Source: Torpedo marmorata | Lineage: Eukaryota | DNA: 64,000 nt | Direction of reading: 5' to 3' | Assembly (NCBI GenBank): GCA_977017645.1 | Contig: OZ360254.1 | Coordinates: forward strand, 30,318,001-30,382,000 | Part shown: positions 12,438 to 26,192 of the stretch, piece after piece | Layout of the letters: each line of letters starts with the position of its first letter | Numbering within the stretch: position 1 is the first letter of the stretch | Position numbers and translations under genes: made by a program | The notes under the pieces: generated by a model | What the model saw: only the letters and a program-made list of their open reading frames with translations | Told to the model about the DNA's origin: nothing | Databases searched by the model: none

Positions 12438-13496
12438 GTGGAGAAGACTTGATGGGCCAAATGGCCTAATTCTGCCCCTAAAATGTTAGTCAGGCCACAA
12501 CTTGAATATTGGGTACAGTTCTAGTCGATCCACTATACACCGGAGAGGATGGAGAGAAAATTCACCAGGATTGCGGGGGATAAAATAATTTTGGTTATGG
12601 ACTGAGACTTGATAGGCTGGTATACATTCTTTGGAGCAGTTGGGGTTGGGTGGTGGAATCACAATTATGAGAGGCCTAGATAGGGTAAAAAACGTTCCTC
12701 CATGGCAGAGATGTGTTAGACAGAGAGCTCGGGATGAGAACTTTGGAGGGGATACGAGGAAGAACCTTTTCACTCAGAGGATCATTGGCATCTGGAATGC
12801 GCTGTTCACAAAATTTAAGAAGTATCTGAATGAACCAAATCACCAAAGCGTAATAGATTACGGACCTGCTGCCGTTAAATGGAATGATTACTCGATGCTT
12901 GGTGTCGACCTCACTGGCCAGAGTCTTGTTTCTGTGTTGTATAACTCTATGAATGTATAAGAGTGATGATGCTCATTAATTAAACAGTTTTTTTATTTTG
13001 ATGATTATTCAGAGGATAAGTGAAGGCTCTTTACCTGATGCCTGGTTCGTTCTTGCTTTTTCAGACTTTTTTTTTCCCCCAGAGATTTTTACTGCACTTT
13101 CTCTGTTGGCTAAGAAATAGGCCCTAATCATAAGAAAAATATTAAAACGATTGGTTCAAAATAGGAGGTGGAGGGTCACTTTAAATGGAAATGTTATCAG
13201 ACAGTTTTAAACTAGACACTTGAACATTGTTATTGGGACCTAAAAGAGAACGACTTGATCTGGATTATAAGACCATGATACATAGGAGCAGAAATAGGCC
13301 ATTCAGCCCATCGAGTCTGCCCTGCCATTCAATCATGAGCTGATCTATTCTCCCTCTCAGCCCCACTGCCCATAACCTTTGATGCCCTGGCTAATCAAGA
13401 ACCTATCAATCTGTGCCTTAAATACTCCCAATGACCTGGCATCCACAACCCCCTGTGGCAAAATAATTCCACAAATTTACCATCCTCTGGCTAATA

Positions 13497-13742
13497 ATTT
13501 TAAATTTAGACATACAGCATGGTAACAGGCTCTTCCGGCCCGTGTGCCCGTGCCACCCAAATACACCAATTAACCTACAACTCCTCTCCTACCTCCCGTA
13601 CATTTTGAAGGGTGGGAGGAAACCAGAGCACCCGGAGGAAACCCACGCAGACATGGGGAGAACATACAGACTCCTTACAGACAGCGCCAGATTTGAACCC
13701 TAGTCGCTGGCGCTGTAACAGCGTTGCGCTAACCGTGCCGCC
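13497..13742 (-). mobile_element. V-SINE
   Basis: Same family as 784-1015; abuts a CR1 tail at 13268-13490. Confidence 0.8.
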
Positions 13743-14019
13743 CAACAATCACATATTTGCAGATGTAGCTAAAAGATGTGGGCTAATTTGGGAAGGATTT
13801 CAATCTTGTGAGCAAGCGGATCAGTGATTGGCAGATGCAGTGCATTTCATGGATACTGCATGGACTGTGCCTCCTAGCATGCCATAGGAGAGTATAACCA
13901 ATTGCATTTGTATTCCTCAGATTAAATGGCGCACTAATCCATCTAAAATTCACAATTTAAAAATACATTATTCGGGTATGAAAATGGAGGATGTGAGAAA
14001 GTTGAATGCTTTTTTTTAA

Positions 14020-14163
<144 letters not shown>

Positions 14164-14904
14164 TGAGGATTCGTGTTCAAGGCTGTACGAATGTGTGGCA
14201 CATGCTAAGTCAATTCTCGCAGCTAACCCGTTTACATATGTGAGCAGGTGTTTTTGGCAATTGTGTGAAATCTGAATGTGAAAGCCCACGTATTGTGACT
14301 GCATGGATGGTTGTCTGTTGAGGTGAATGCAAAATCTCCTCTGACAGACTACTAATTCACACGGGTTTAATTCTTGAAACAAGTTTCAAAATCTTCGGTA
14401 ATTCCTTTATATATTTGCCTGCCTAAGCTGTCTTGGTTGTACTAATGTATTTTTAATGAATTTTTCCACTTTGATGGAAATAAAACATTTCACTTCTAGA
14501 TTTGCAATTTCAGACCAGAGAATATTCCCACAGAATATTTCCACACGGTTAGCGTAGCGGTTAGCACAACGCTGTTACAGCGCCAGTGACCCGGGTTCGA
14601 ATCCGGCGCTGTCTGTAAGGAGTTTGTACGTTCTCCCCATGTACTAACCCTGCCAGTCTTCGATCTTTATTCTGACACCTTCCTGTTCTTTGCTTATTCC
14701 TTGAAGAAGGGCTCAGGCTCGAAACGTTGGTAATATATCTTTACCTCCTATGGACACTGCAAGACCAGCTGAGTTCCTCCAGCATTTCTGTGTGAATAGT
14801 TTTTGAGTTGTTGTGGATAAGTACATCAAGGAGAAAAATGTGCAGGATGAAGATGAGAGCTTGTTGGGGCACTGACCATGGGCAGAGGTTGTGCGACCTA
14901 CATT

Positions 14905-17900
14905 CTTTTTTTTTTTTTTTTTTTTTTTAATATTTTATTTAAATTTTTAAATCACACATTACATAAAATAGTTTTGCATATAATTAAAAAATACATGTGA
15001 TTACATTTTCTCCCCCCCCCTTCCCACCCTCCCCTCCCTAACCCCTATATCCCCTTAATCTAAACTTAAAATAAAATAAAGTAATAAAAGAAAAAAGAAA
15101 GAAAAGATAGAAAAATAGAATGAGGAGTTGATAAACTTAAAAATTAATATATCTTAGAGGTTGTTTCGCCAGCGGATCTGACATCCAGAGAATTTACAAT
15201 GTTAAACCCATAATCCTCATATATGGGCCCCAAATTTTCAAAAAGAAATGATATTTATTTCGTAAATTATAAGTAATTTTTTCTAGTGGTATACATGATC
15301 GCAACTCTGCATGCCATCGCTCTAAATTTAAATCAACATCCGATTTCCAAGTAACAGCTATACATTTTTTCGAAACTGCTAATACTATACGTAAAAATTC
15401 TACTTGATACATATTTAATCTATGTCTAATACTAAATTTTTTAATGTCTCCAAATAGAAATAACATAGGATCCATTGCAATTTCAACATTAAAAATTCTT
15501 TCTAAAAAATTCTTAACTTTCAACCAAAAATCTTGAATTTTTGGACATGACCATGTACAGTGTACAAAAGATCCTATTTCAGTTTTACATCTAAAACACA
15601 TATCTGATAACGCTGGATTAAATTTCTTCAATTTTTTAGGTGTCAAATACAATTGATGAAAAAAATTATATTGTACTAATCTATATCTCACGTTAATGAC
15701 TTTTGTCATACTTAATTTACATAAATCTTTCCAATGATTTTCATCTATATTAACATTCAAATCTAATTCCCATTTCAATCTAGACTTATGCACTCCTACT
15801 TTAGACATCTTTCTTTGAAACAACTTATACATTTGTGATATAAATTTATTAACATTGACTTTAGTAATTAATAATTCCAATTCATTTTGTCTTGGTACTG
15901 TTAATTCATTCCCTAATCTCTCAATCAAAAAAGCTTTAACTTGAAAATAAACTAACATTGTATTATCTAATATATTAAATTTTTCTTTTAACCTCTGAAA
16001 AGTAATAAATCTACCTGCTTCAAAACAATCTTTTAAAGTCTTAATTCCCTTTAAAAACCATAGCTTAAGTAACTGATTATCCATAGAAAATGGTAAAAGC
16101 GGATTCTGATATATTGGTGTATTTAAAGAAATTAATCCTTTTTGACCTATCTCTTTGTCTACTTGTGACCAAATTTCCAACAGATGTTTAATAATTGGTG
16201 TATTTTTCTTTTTAAGTAATAATAATTTAGAATTCCATTTATAAATAATATCTTCTTTATGTATTTCTCCCATATTATTCAATTCTATATTAATCCAAGC
16301 AGAAGATTTATTTAAATCAAAGAATTCATTAATAAATTTTAATTGAGCCACTTTATAATAATACTGAAAATTGGGAAGTTGTAACCCTCCCATCTCATAA
16401 TTCCATGTTAATTTATCTATACTTACTCTTGCCAACTTCCCTTTCCATAAAAATTTCCTAATAATAAATTTTAAATCTTTAAAAAATTTATTTGGAATAC
16501 CATAAGGAATCGATTGAAAAAGATATTGAATTCTTGGAAAAACATTCATTTTAATACAATTTACTCTTCCCATCAAAGTTATAGGTAAATCTTTCCAAAG
16601 CTCTAAATCTTTTTTTATTTTCGTAAATAAAGGAATATAATTTAATTTATACAAATTCTCTAATTTTGTGTCAATTTTAACTCCCAAATATTTAATACTT
16701 TCTGTGGTCCATTTAAAGTCCGTAACTTCTTTACATCTAGTGTAATCCCCTTGAGATAAAGCTAAAATCTCACTTTTATCTGAATTAATTTTATAACCTG
16801 ATATCTCACCATATTCTATCAATATAGTGGCCAATTGCTGAAGTGATGTAACAGATTTCGTCATATATATTAATACATCATCTGCAAATAGACTAATCTT
16901 ATGTTCTTCCCTACCCACTTTTATTCCCATTATATTTATATCTCCTCTAATCATTTCTGCTAAAGGTTCTATTACCAAAACAAACAAAGCAGGTGACAAA
17001 GGACATCCCTGTCGTGTTGATCTTGATAACAAAAATTTTTGCGATATTTGTCCATTTGTAACTACTTTAGCCGTAGGTTCCTTATATATAGTTTTAATCC
17101 AATTTATAAAATTATCTCCAAATCCAAATTTTTCCATAACTTTAAATAAAAAATTCCACTCTACTCTATCAAATGCCTTCTCTGCATCTAATGTTACCAC
17201 CAATGATAAATCTTGTTTCTTCTTATGTATATTAATCAAACTTATCAATCTAGCTATATTATCTTTCGAATATCTATTTTTAATAAATCCAGCTTGATCC
17301 GAATGTATTAAATCTGGTAAATACTTAGCTAATCTATTTGCTAAAATTTTTGCCATTATTTTATAGTCCACATTTAATAATGAAATAGGCCTATAAGACT
17401 CAGTTTTCAACACATCTCTATCTTTCTTTGGTATAACCGTAATTATAGCATTTAAAAATGTCTTCGGTAATAAATGAGTTTCAGTAACTTGATTCAATAC
17501 CTCCATATATAAAGGTATCAGTAAATCTTTAAATTCCTTATAAAATTCTACTGGAAACCCATCATCACCTGGAGATTTACCACTTCTCAACGTCGATATT
17601 GCTTCAGTAACTTCTCTCATCGTAAAAGGTAAATCCAAAGAATATTTACTTTGAACATTCAATTTAGGTAAAGTAATTCTAGATAGAAATCTATTAATCT
17701 TCATATCATCATGATCAATCTCAGATCTATATAAATTCTGATAATATTCTTTAAAAGACTCATTTATTTCTTGTGGCTTATAAGTTATTTCTCCAGCATT
17801 TCTCTTCCTTATAGCATTAATAGTTTTAGAAACTTGTTCTTTTTTTAATTGCCATGACAAAACTTTGTGTGCCTTTTCCCCTAATTCATAATATCTTTGT

Positions 17901-18940
17901 TTTGTTCTTGTTATCAACTTTTCAGTCTTACGTGTTTGCAATAAATTATAATGTAATTTTTTCCTTACTAAACGATTCCTCTTAAGAATACTTATTTCTC
18001 TGTAAATCTTTTTCCATAAACTCAATTTCCTTCTCTAGCTTTTCCTCTTCTTTCAAATAATCTTTTTTTATCTTTACTGAATAACTTATTATTAAACCTC
18101 TTAAATAAGCTTTCAAAGCTTCCCATACCATAAATTTATCATTAACCGAATTATTATTTATTCTTAAAAATTCCTGAATTTCTCGTCTCATATATTCACA
18201 AAAATCCTTCCTTTTCAATAAAAAGGAATCAAATCTCCAATTATATACAGTTTTTTCCTTCTCTGGAATTATACATGTCATTAATAAAGGTGAATGATCT
18301 GAAATTAACCTTGCTTTATAAGATATCTGTGTTATTCTATCCTGAATTTGCGAAGATAATAAAAACAAATCTATCCTAGAAAAAGAATTATGTCTAAATG
18401 AATAAAATGAATAATCTTTCTCTCTAGGTTTCAACTTTCTCCAAATATCCACTAAATTCAAATCCTCCATCAAATTAATTATCTTTTTGACTATTTTTGG
18501 TCTAGCAGATGTTTTCGAAGTTTTATCCATAATTGGATTTAAACAACAATTAAAATCTCCACCAATTAAAATATTCTCTTTAGCATCTGATAAATGTAAA
18601 AAGGCATCTTGAATAAATTGTTCATCATCAGGATTTGACACATATAAATTCATAAGAGTCCAAAATTCTGAATAAATTTGACAATATATCAAAACATATC
18701 TTCCTGCCGTATCAATCACTGCCGATTGTATCTTAAAAGGTAACTTTTTATTTACTAAAATAGCTACTCCTCTAGCCTTAGAATTAAATGACGACGCTAT
18801 AACATGTCCTACCCAGTCTCTTTTCAATTTTTTATGTTCAATATCTGTCAAGTGAGTTTCTTGTAAAAAAGCTATGTCTACTTTCAACTTTTTAATATAT
18901 GCCAAAGTTCGTTTTCTTTTAATTGGATTATTAAGCCCAC
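14905..18940 (-). mobile_element. L1-clade LINE, 5'-truncated, nearly complete ORF2, 3' UTR and poly(A)
   Basis: Poly(T) run at 14905-14928 on plus, AATAAA and G-rich tract on minus; APE and RT ORFs. Confidence 0.95.
15194..18940 (-). pseudogene. L1 ORF2 (APE endonuclease, reverse transcriptase, CCHC knuckle) with one frameshift near 17990
   Basis: FLQETH, GGDFN, SRID, ISDHSP (EN); SPGDDG, DAEKAFD, QGCPLSP, FADD, YLG (RT); CFRC..HCTWSC. Confidence 0.93.
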
Positions 18941-20940
18941 TGAGGGAATAATGGTATTGAAGGCCGAGCTGTAGTCGATGAAGAGCAGCCATATGTATGA
19001 ATTGCTGTTTAAGTTAGTGCTACTAGGCGATAGTCATTGAGGCAGCTCTTCTTGGTTACCGGGATGATTGATGCTCTTTTGAAGCAGGTGGGAACCTCTG
19101 ACTGCAGCAATGAGAGGTTGAAAATGTCCGTGAACACTCCAGCTAGTTGGTTGGCACAGATTTTCAGTACCCTGCCAGGTACGCCGTCAGGGCCTGACGC
19201 CTTGCGAGGGTTCACCCTCTTGAATGAGACCGATATTACAGGGTCCTCAGCCTTTGCAGGGATTCAGATTTTCAGATTTCAGATTTATTGTCAGAGTACA
19301 TACATGACATCACATACAACCCTGAGATTCTTTTTTCCTGCAGGCGCGGCAGAATTACCACTAATTGGTAGTGCAAAGAATAAACTGTACACAGTGTAAA
19401 CATACAAAGAGCAGTAAACAGATAACGAATGTAAACAAACTGTGCAATACAGAGAGAACAAAAGGAAAATCAATAAAGTGCACAAGTAAGAGTCCTTAAA
19501 TGAGCCTCTGATTGAGTTTGTCGTTGAGGAGTCTGATGGTGGAGGGTAGCAGCTGTTCCTGAACCTGGTGGTGCGAGTCTTGTGGCACCTATACCTCTCT
19601 CCTGATGGCAGCAGTGAGAACAGAGCATGTGCTGGGTGGTGTGGATCTTTGATGATTGCTGCTGCTCTCCGACGGCAGCGTTCCCTGTAGATGTACTCAA
19701 TAGTGGGGAGGGTTTTGCCTGTGATGTCCTGGGCTGTGTCCACTACCTTTTGGAGGGCTTTACGCTCAGGGGTATTGGTGTCCCCATACCAGACTGTGAT
19801 GCAGCCGGTCAGCACACTTTCCACCACACCTCTGTAGAAATTTGCCAGGGTTTCTGATGTCATACCAAACTTCTACAAACTCCTGAGGAAGTAGAGGTGC
19901 TGACGTGCTTTCTTCCCGATGCCATTGGTCTGTTGGGTCCAGGAAAGATCCTCCTAGATAGTGACTCCCAAGAACTTAGATTTGCTCACCCTCTCCACCT
20001 CTGATCCCCCAATGATCATTGGATTGTATACCTCTGGCTTTCCTTTCCTGAAGTCAACAATCAGCTCCTTAGTTTTGGTGACATTGAGTGCAAGGTTGTT
20101 GTTGGTGCACCATTCAGCCAAGTTTTCAATCTCCATCCTGTATGCTGACTCATCCCCTTCCTGTATACAACCCACTACCATGGTATTGTCGGCAAATTTG
20201 TAGATGGTGTTGTTGTACCGAGCCACACAGTCGTAGGTGTAAAGTCAGTAGAGCAAGGGGCTAATAACACAGCCCTGTGGTGCTCCGGTACTGATGGGGA
20301 TTGTGGAGGAGAAGTTCTTACCAATCTTCACTGATTGTGGTCTGGAGGTGAGGAAATCCATGATCCAATTACACAGTGGGGTGTTAACTCCCAGGTCTTG
20401 GAGTTTGCTGATCAGTTTTGAGGGGATGATGGTGTTAAATGCCGAACTGTAGTCGATAAAGAGCATCCTGATGTATGCATCTTTGCTGTCCAGGTGTTCC
20501 AGGGCTTTGTGTAGAGCCAGTGAGATGGCATCCGCCATGGACCTGTTACTACGATAGGCGAACTGGAATGTATCCATGTCACTGCTCAGACAGGAGCTGA
20601 TATACTTCATCACCAGCCTTTTAAAACACTTCATCACTGTTGATGTAAGTGCTACTGATCGATAGTCATTAAGGCAGGTTACTGCACTCTTCTTGGGCAC
20701 CGGTATGATTGACACTTGTTTGAAACAGGTGGGTACCACGCCCTGCTGGAGTGAGATATTGAAGATATGTTTAGTTTTGGGTTCTCCTTCTCAATGCGGG
20801 CATAGAAGGTGTTCAGCTCATCGGGTAATGAAGCATCACAGCCATCTATGGTGTTCGCCCTCGCTTTGTAGGCTGTAATAGCCTGCACTCCCTGCCATAG
20901 CTGGAGTGTATTTGTCTCTAGCTTCCTCCGGAATTGCCAC
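18941..20940 (-). mobile_element. Rex1/Babar LINE fragments (two pieces: 18941-19260 internal; 19261-20940 with 3' tail)
   Basis: [56 protein letters not shown]; (TCTGAA)n-like tail. Confidence 0.88.
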
Positions 20941-21064
20941 TGTTGTGTGAAGAGCTCCCTTCTGTGGTCAGCCTTGGGTACTGCAAGTGGATCACAGCGT
21001 ATGCAGTTTTCTTGTTTAACTCACTTGGGATTTGTTGGTGTCCATGCCCTCAGGAGCACGTCCA

Positions 21065-21440
21065 GACCATAGAACATTACAGCACAGAAACTGGCCCTTC
21101 AAACCTTCTAAACTGTGCTGAACTATTATTCTGCCTAGTCCCACTGACCTGCACACAGGTTATATCCCTCCATACCCCTCCCATCCATGTACCTGTCCAA
21201 ATTTTTATGAAATGTTAAAATTGAGCCCCCATTCACCACTTCAGCTGGCAGCTTGTTCCAAACTCCTGCCACTCTGTGTGAAGAAATTCCCTCTAATGTC
21301 CCTCCTAAACTCCTCCCCTTTCACCCTTATCACGTCCTTTAGTTTTTCTCTCTCTCAGTGGAAAAAGCCTACTTGCATTTACTCTATCTATACCCATCGT
21401 AATTTTGTATACCTCTATCAAATCTCCCCTCATTCTTCGA
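21065..21440 (-). mobile_element. CR1 LINE 3' fragment
   Basis: RRMRGDLIEVYKI in ORF 21305..21820. Confidence 0.75.
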
Positions 21441-21726
21441 TGCTCAATACCAGTCTGAGAATGGTTCAAGGCGTAAGTGATTATATCGTCACCAGCTTGA
21501 TCCCACAGGAAGTTATCAAGTGGTTTTGGTATTTTACTGGTCTGGTATACCTTGTGGCCGCACTCAAGATGATTTGAATCTTTGATTATTTTGATTACTT
21601 TCAGGACTAAACTCCCATGTGGGACCTTGTCAAAGTCCTTACTAAAGTCAAAGTAGACAACATCAAGAGAAATGAAATTAGCCAATTTAAAATTTCCCTT
21701 TTTTTGTTCCCCCATGTATTGTACAG

Positions 21727-21770
21727 GTCGATCAGACACTTGCAGGAAGCGTCGAGCACAGATGGTAAAG
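21727..21770 (+). CDS. GPR108: GPR108 exon: SIRHLQEASSTDGK
   Basis: gtacAG / GTAAGC boundaries; 44 bp; phase consistent. Confidence 0.93.
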
Positions 21771-21904
21771 GTAAGCTTAATGAGGGTTGGCAGTGAAACA
21801 AGAGAACAGGTCCTGCCCACTGGTGAATGGATCGCTCCATTGGTATTGTACCCTCAAAGCAGAGATGCTGGGGAGTTCTGGGTGGGTCTGCGCATTTGGT
21901 ATCT

Positions 21905-22625
21905 GCTATTTATTTTTACTTACAACACCGTAGAAGCCGATTCCGGCCATTTAAACCCGTGCCGCCTAATTACACCCAAATTAACCTTCAACCCTTTTTG
22001 GAGGGTGGGAGAAATCCCACGCAGACACAGGGAGAACGTACAAACTCCTTACAGACAGTACCAGATTCGAACCCAGGTTGCTGGCGCTGTAATAGCGTTT
22101 CACTAACCTCTACGCTAATGTGCTGCCCACTGCAAGTCTAATGTATAAATGTTGGTCTTTCTACCTCCTTGACTTACTTAGTTTTTAAGTTCCACTCTTT
22201 GGTCCAAGGGGCTACTCTTCACGCGTGGGCTTCGATAGCGAGTGGCCATAGGAAATTAAACCACATCAGGATGTGCAGTCGAGCTCTCGTCTCCTCACCA
22301 GATGGCTACAGCCATGGGGTTCCACCAGAGAATGACAAGACCACCCACATCCTGGGTCTGGTCAAGGTCAGCCAGCTCAGCGCTGATTGAAGCTAAACAC
22401 AAGAGCAGCACGGTCAGCACCACACTTTTACAGGGCCAGCGACCCGGTTTCAAATCAGGCTCTGTCTGTAAGGAGTTTATACGTTCTCCAGTGTCTGTGT
22501 GGGTTCCCTCCAGGTGCTCCGGTTTCCTCCCATCCTTCAAAACGTATGGAGGTTATCGGTTAATTGGGTGTAATCGGGAAGCATGGGCTTGTGGACCGGA
22601 AGGGCCTGTTGTATGTCTAAATTTT
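21905..22625. mobile_element. Two divergently oriented V-SINEs (21905-22128 minus, 22405-22625 plus)
   Basis: B box and V-domain motifs in both copies. Confidence 0.75.
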
Positions 22626-22644
22626 AACCCTAATTTTTAAATAC

Positions 22645-23215
22645 AAGATTCAATTTCAAGATTCAATTTATTGTCATGTGATAAAGTCAGTGCAATATTA
22701 CACAAAATTTGATATCGTCTGCCGTAAGGCAGTCAGATTCGCCATCGGCAGAAATTGTCTGAAGCGCCTCTTACAGTCAGAGAAAGAGAAGCAAAAGAGA
22801 GTCCCCCCAGAGTCACCGTGTCTCCGTGGATTTGCTTCCAGCCCCTGCAGCCGCACAGTCAAAAGTCCAGTCCAAAGCACCAGCAGCCCAAGCTCCAGAT
22901 CCGAACCTCCGACACGATCAAGAATCGTTCAGCGCCCTCGGCACCCTCTCACATCCCAGTTCCGATACCTGGTACCCCTTCAGCCAGTCTTGAGCCTGTC
23001 TCCAGCAGTCCTCAGCCCGGTGTGGATCCCTCGACCGCACTCACCAGCAGTCCACAGCCTGCATGGGTTCCTCACCTCGAGTCGCCAACAGCCCACCGCC
23101 TGTGTCACTGGGACTCTGCCTGCACTCCCTTCTGAGCAGGATGCTGCTTTGCTTCCTGTAACCCACGTCGTGGTGACGGTCCTTTCTCACTCTTCCCTTC
23201 CGGCCAAGCACCAAT
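22645..23215 (-). mobile_element. Unclassified non-coding interspersed repeat with Rex1-like tail
   Basis: Related copies at 23870-24128 (-), 41095-41435 (+), 42615-43060 (+); ends ATGACAATAAA..(TTGAATC)n. Confidence 0.65.
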
Positions 23216-23620
23216 AGTTCAGTCCAAAGAGCCAAATATTGCAGCTGCCGTGACGCTGAAATAAAACGGGAGTTATGGAAATGTTTCACAGGTCAGGCTG
23301 CATCCGCGAGGAGAGAAATGGAGTCAAAGTTTCTGTTTGACGACCCTGCGACTGAAGGGTTACGAACCTGAAGCATTAACAATGCTTTGCGAGAATTGAC
23401 CATGATTCCTACTCCATGATAATGACGAGAACAGGGTGTAGGAGTGCGAACTCTTGAGGCCATTGAATCTCAGTGCCATTTTCTGCCATAATTCTGCTGT
23501 CATCCCGAGACCTCGATTCCACAGGAGTCCAAACCTTTCGATCTCTCTTGAATATACTCACTAAGTGAGCATCCACAGCCGTCTGATGTGGAGACTTCAA
23601 AAGTTTGTAAGAACTTTACG

Positions 23621-23836
23621 GGTGGCACGGTTAGCATAGCGATTGGCGCAACGCTGTAACGGGGTTCGAATCCCACGCTGTCTGTAAGGAGTTTGCACGT
23701 TCTCTCTGTGTCTGCGTGGGTTTTCCCCGGGGGCTCCAGTTTCCTCCCACCGTTCAAAACGTTGTAGGTCAATTGAGTGGCATGGGCTCGTGGGCCGAAA
23801 AGGCCTGGTACCATGCTGTATGTCTAAATTTAAAAT
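23621..23836 (+). mobile_element. V-SINE
   Basis: GGTTCGAATCC B box and V-domain. Confidence 0.8.
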
Positions 23837-24128
23837 TAAAAAATGTAAATTTCTTCTCTTTGTCCTAAATTCAAGACTCCTTTATTGTCATGTAATAAAA
23901 TGCGTGTAATATTATACAAAATTTGCTTTAGTCTGCTGTAAGGCAGACAGATTTGCCATCAGCAGAAATTGCCGGGTGCCTCTTACAGTCAGAGAAAGAG
24001 AAGCAGAAGAGAGTCACCCCCCCCCCCCCCAAGAGTCACCAAATGTCCGTGGATTCATCTCCAGTGCTCCCGTAGCCTCCACTGCCACACAGCCTTCAGT
24101 CCAAATCATCGGCAACCTGAGCTCTAGA

Positions 24129-25933
24129 TGCACACCTCTGAAATTCCATCAGTATGCGGACTTTGCTACGAGAGGGGCAAACGCGTTGGATCTTGTGTTC
24201 ACAAACATTTCCGGCGCGTATCGGGCAGAGCCCCGCTCCCACCTCGGATACTCAGACCATATCTCAGTAATGCTAACCCCACCATACAGACCGCTCGCCA
24301 GACGCTCCAGACCAGTTCGGAAGCAGGTTGAAACCTGGTCAGCAGGTGCCATCCATGCACTTCAGGACTGCTTTGAGCGTACTGATTGGCACATGTTCAG
24401 GGAAGCAGCAACCGATGGCGACTGCATCAATCTAGAGGAGTATACGGCATCGGTGACTAGCTACATTAGTAAGTGTACTGACGAAGTCACTGTGCCCAAG
24501 ACCATCATTACTCGCTCTAATCAGAAGCCATGGATGACTGCGGAGGTGCGTGTGCTGCTGAGGAGCCGAAACTCTGCCTTCAGTGCGGGCGACAAGGTAA
24601 CCCTAGCTATCGCAAGAGCCAAGCTGTCTAAGGCCATCAGGAGGCAAAGCGTGCACAGGCCCAGCGAATTTAGTCAGTTTCAGGACAGCAAGGACACGCG
24701 ACGCATGTGGAAGGGCATTCAAGATATCACTAACCACAAGACTACACCATCTGACTGTGCTGGTGATGCCTCCCTCCTAGATGCACTGAACAACTTCTAT
24801 GTGCGTTTTGAGGCGAAAAATGATGTAGTGGCAAAGAAGACAACCCCTCCTCCAAATGATCAGGTGCTGTGTTTCACAGTGGCCGATGTGAGGAGAGTGT
24901 TAAGCAAGGTTAACCCACAGAAAGCTGCTGGGCCAGATAACATTCCCGGCAGAGTGCTCAGGAGATGTGCGGCCCAGCTGGCTGATGTTCTCGCCGACAT
25001 CTTTAACATCTCCCTGAGCAGTGCCGTGGTTCCAACGTGCTTCAAAGCCGCTACCATCATCCCCATGCCGAAGAAGTCGACGGTGTCCTGCATCTACCGT
25101 CATGAAGTGCTTCGAGAGGCTCGTCATGAGGCACATCAAGCTTCTGCTGCCCCCCTCACTGGACCCCCTGCAGTTCGCATATAGATCAAACCGCTCCACA
25201 GATGATGCCATCATTACCACCCTCCACCTAGCCCTCACCCACCTGGAAAATAAGGACGCGTATGTTCGAATGCTGTTTATTGACTTCAGCTCGGCATTCA
25301 ACACGATCATACCTCAGTACCTGATAGGGAAGTTGAGGGGGCTGGGCCTAAACTACACCCTCTGTAATTGGATCCTAGACTTCCTGACGGGAAGACCTCA
25401 GGCAGTCTGGATTGGAAACAGCACTTCTAAGGTCATTACATTGAGCACGGGGGCTCCCCAGGGCTGTGTGCTTAGTCCATTGCTGTTCACCCTGCTGACT
25501 CATGACTGTGCAGCAAAACACAGCTCGAATCACATCATAAAGTTCGCTGATGATACAACCGTGGTGGACCTTATCAGTAAGAATGATGAGTCAGCGTACA
25601 GAGATGAGGTGCAGTCGCTAATGGAATGGTGCGGAACCAACAACCTGCAGCTGAACGTAAACAAAACAAAAGAGTTGGTTGTCGACTTCAGAAGGGCCCG
25701 GGGGGATCATTCTCCTTTGACCATGGACGGCTCTACCGTTGAGGTCGTAAAGAGTACCAAGTTTCTTGGAGAGTCTCAGCTGGTCCCTAAACACCAGTTC
25801 CATAGTCAAGAAAGCCCAGCAGCGTCTTTTTTATAGTAATGTCGTAAGGTGGTTATAGTATGAATGTTTGCACTATGATGCTGTTGCAAATCACCGAATT
25901 TCATGACTTGTTCATGACAATAAATTCTGATTC
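24129..25933 (+). mobile_element. Rex1/Babar LINE fragment (endonuclease end and RT, frameshifted, internally deleted before the tail)
   Basis: [45 protein letters not shown]. Confidence 0.9.
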
Positions 25934-26102
25934 ATTCCTTTAAATCACCAAAAACTGAAGACCTAAAGCAAAATGCGTAACCTGTGACCCTTGGCAGAAG
26001 TATTAGCCTCTCTGTGTCTATCTTAATCAATGCCTTTAAGAATTCTGTCATTCACAAAATTGTTTTTTTTTTTGTCCTGTCCCACTGGACTAATGCATTC
26101 GT

Positions 26103-26192
26103 GGCCCCTCGCACACCCCGGCCCCTCGCACACCCCGGCCCCTCGCACACCCCGACCCCTCGCTCACCCCGACCCCTCGCTCACCCCGACCC
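26103..26192. repeat. 17-bp GC-rich minisatellite (GGCCCCTCGCACACCCC) x about 5
   Basis: Direct tandem periodicity. Confidence 0.9.

Noticed and set aside
17982-18992. L1 ORF1 or separate endonuclease gene
   Set aside because: It is the APE half of ORF2; its first residues come from adjacent Rex1 DNA and no ORF1 is present.
23976-25184. Novel 402-aa gene
   Set aside because: Chance fusion of an antisense non-coding repeat to a Rex1 endonuclease/RT fragment, frameshifted at the end.
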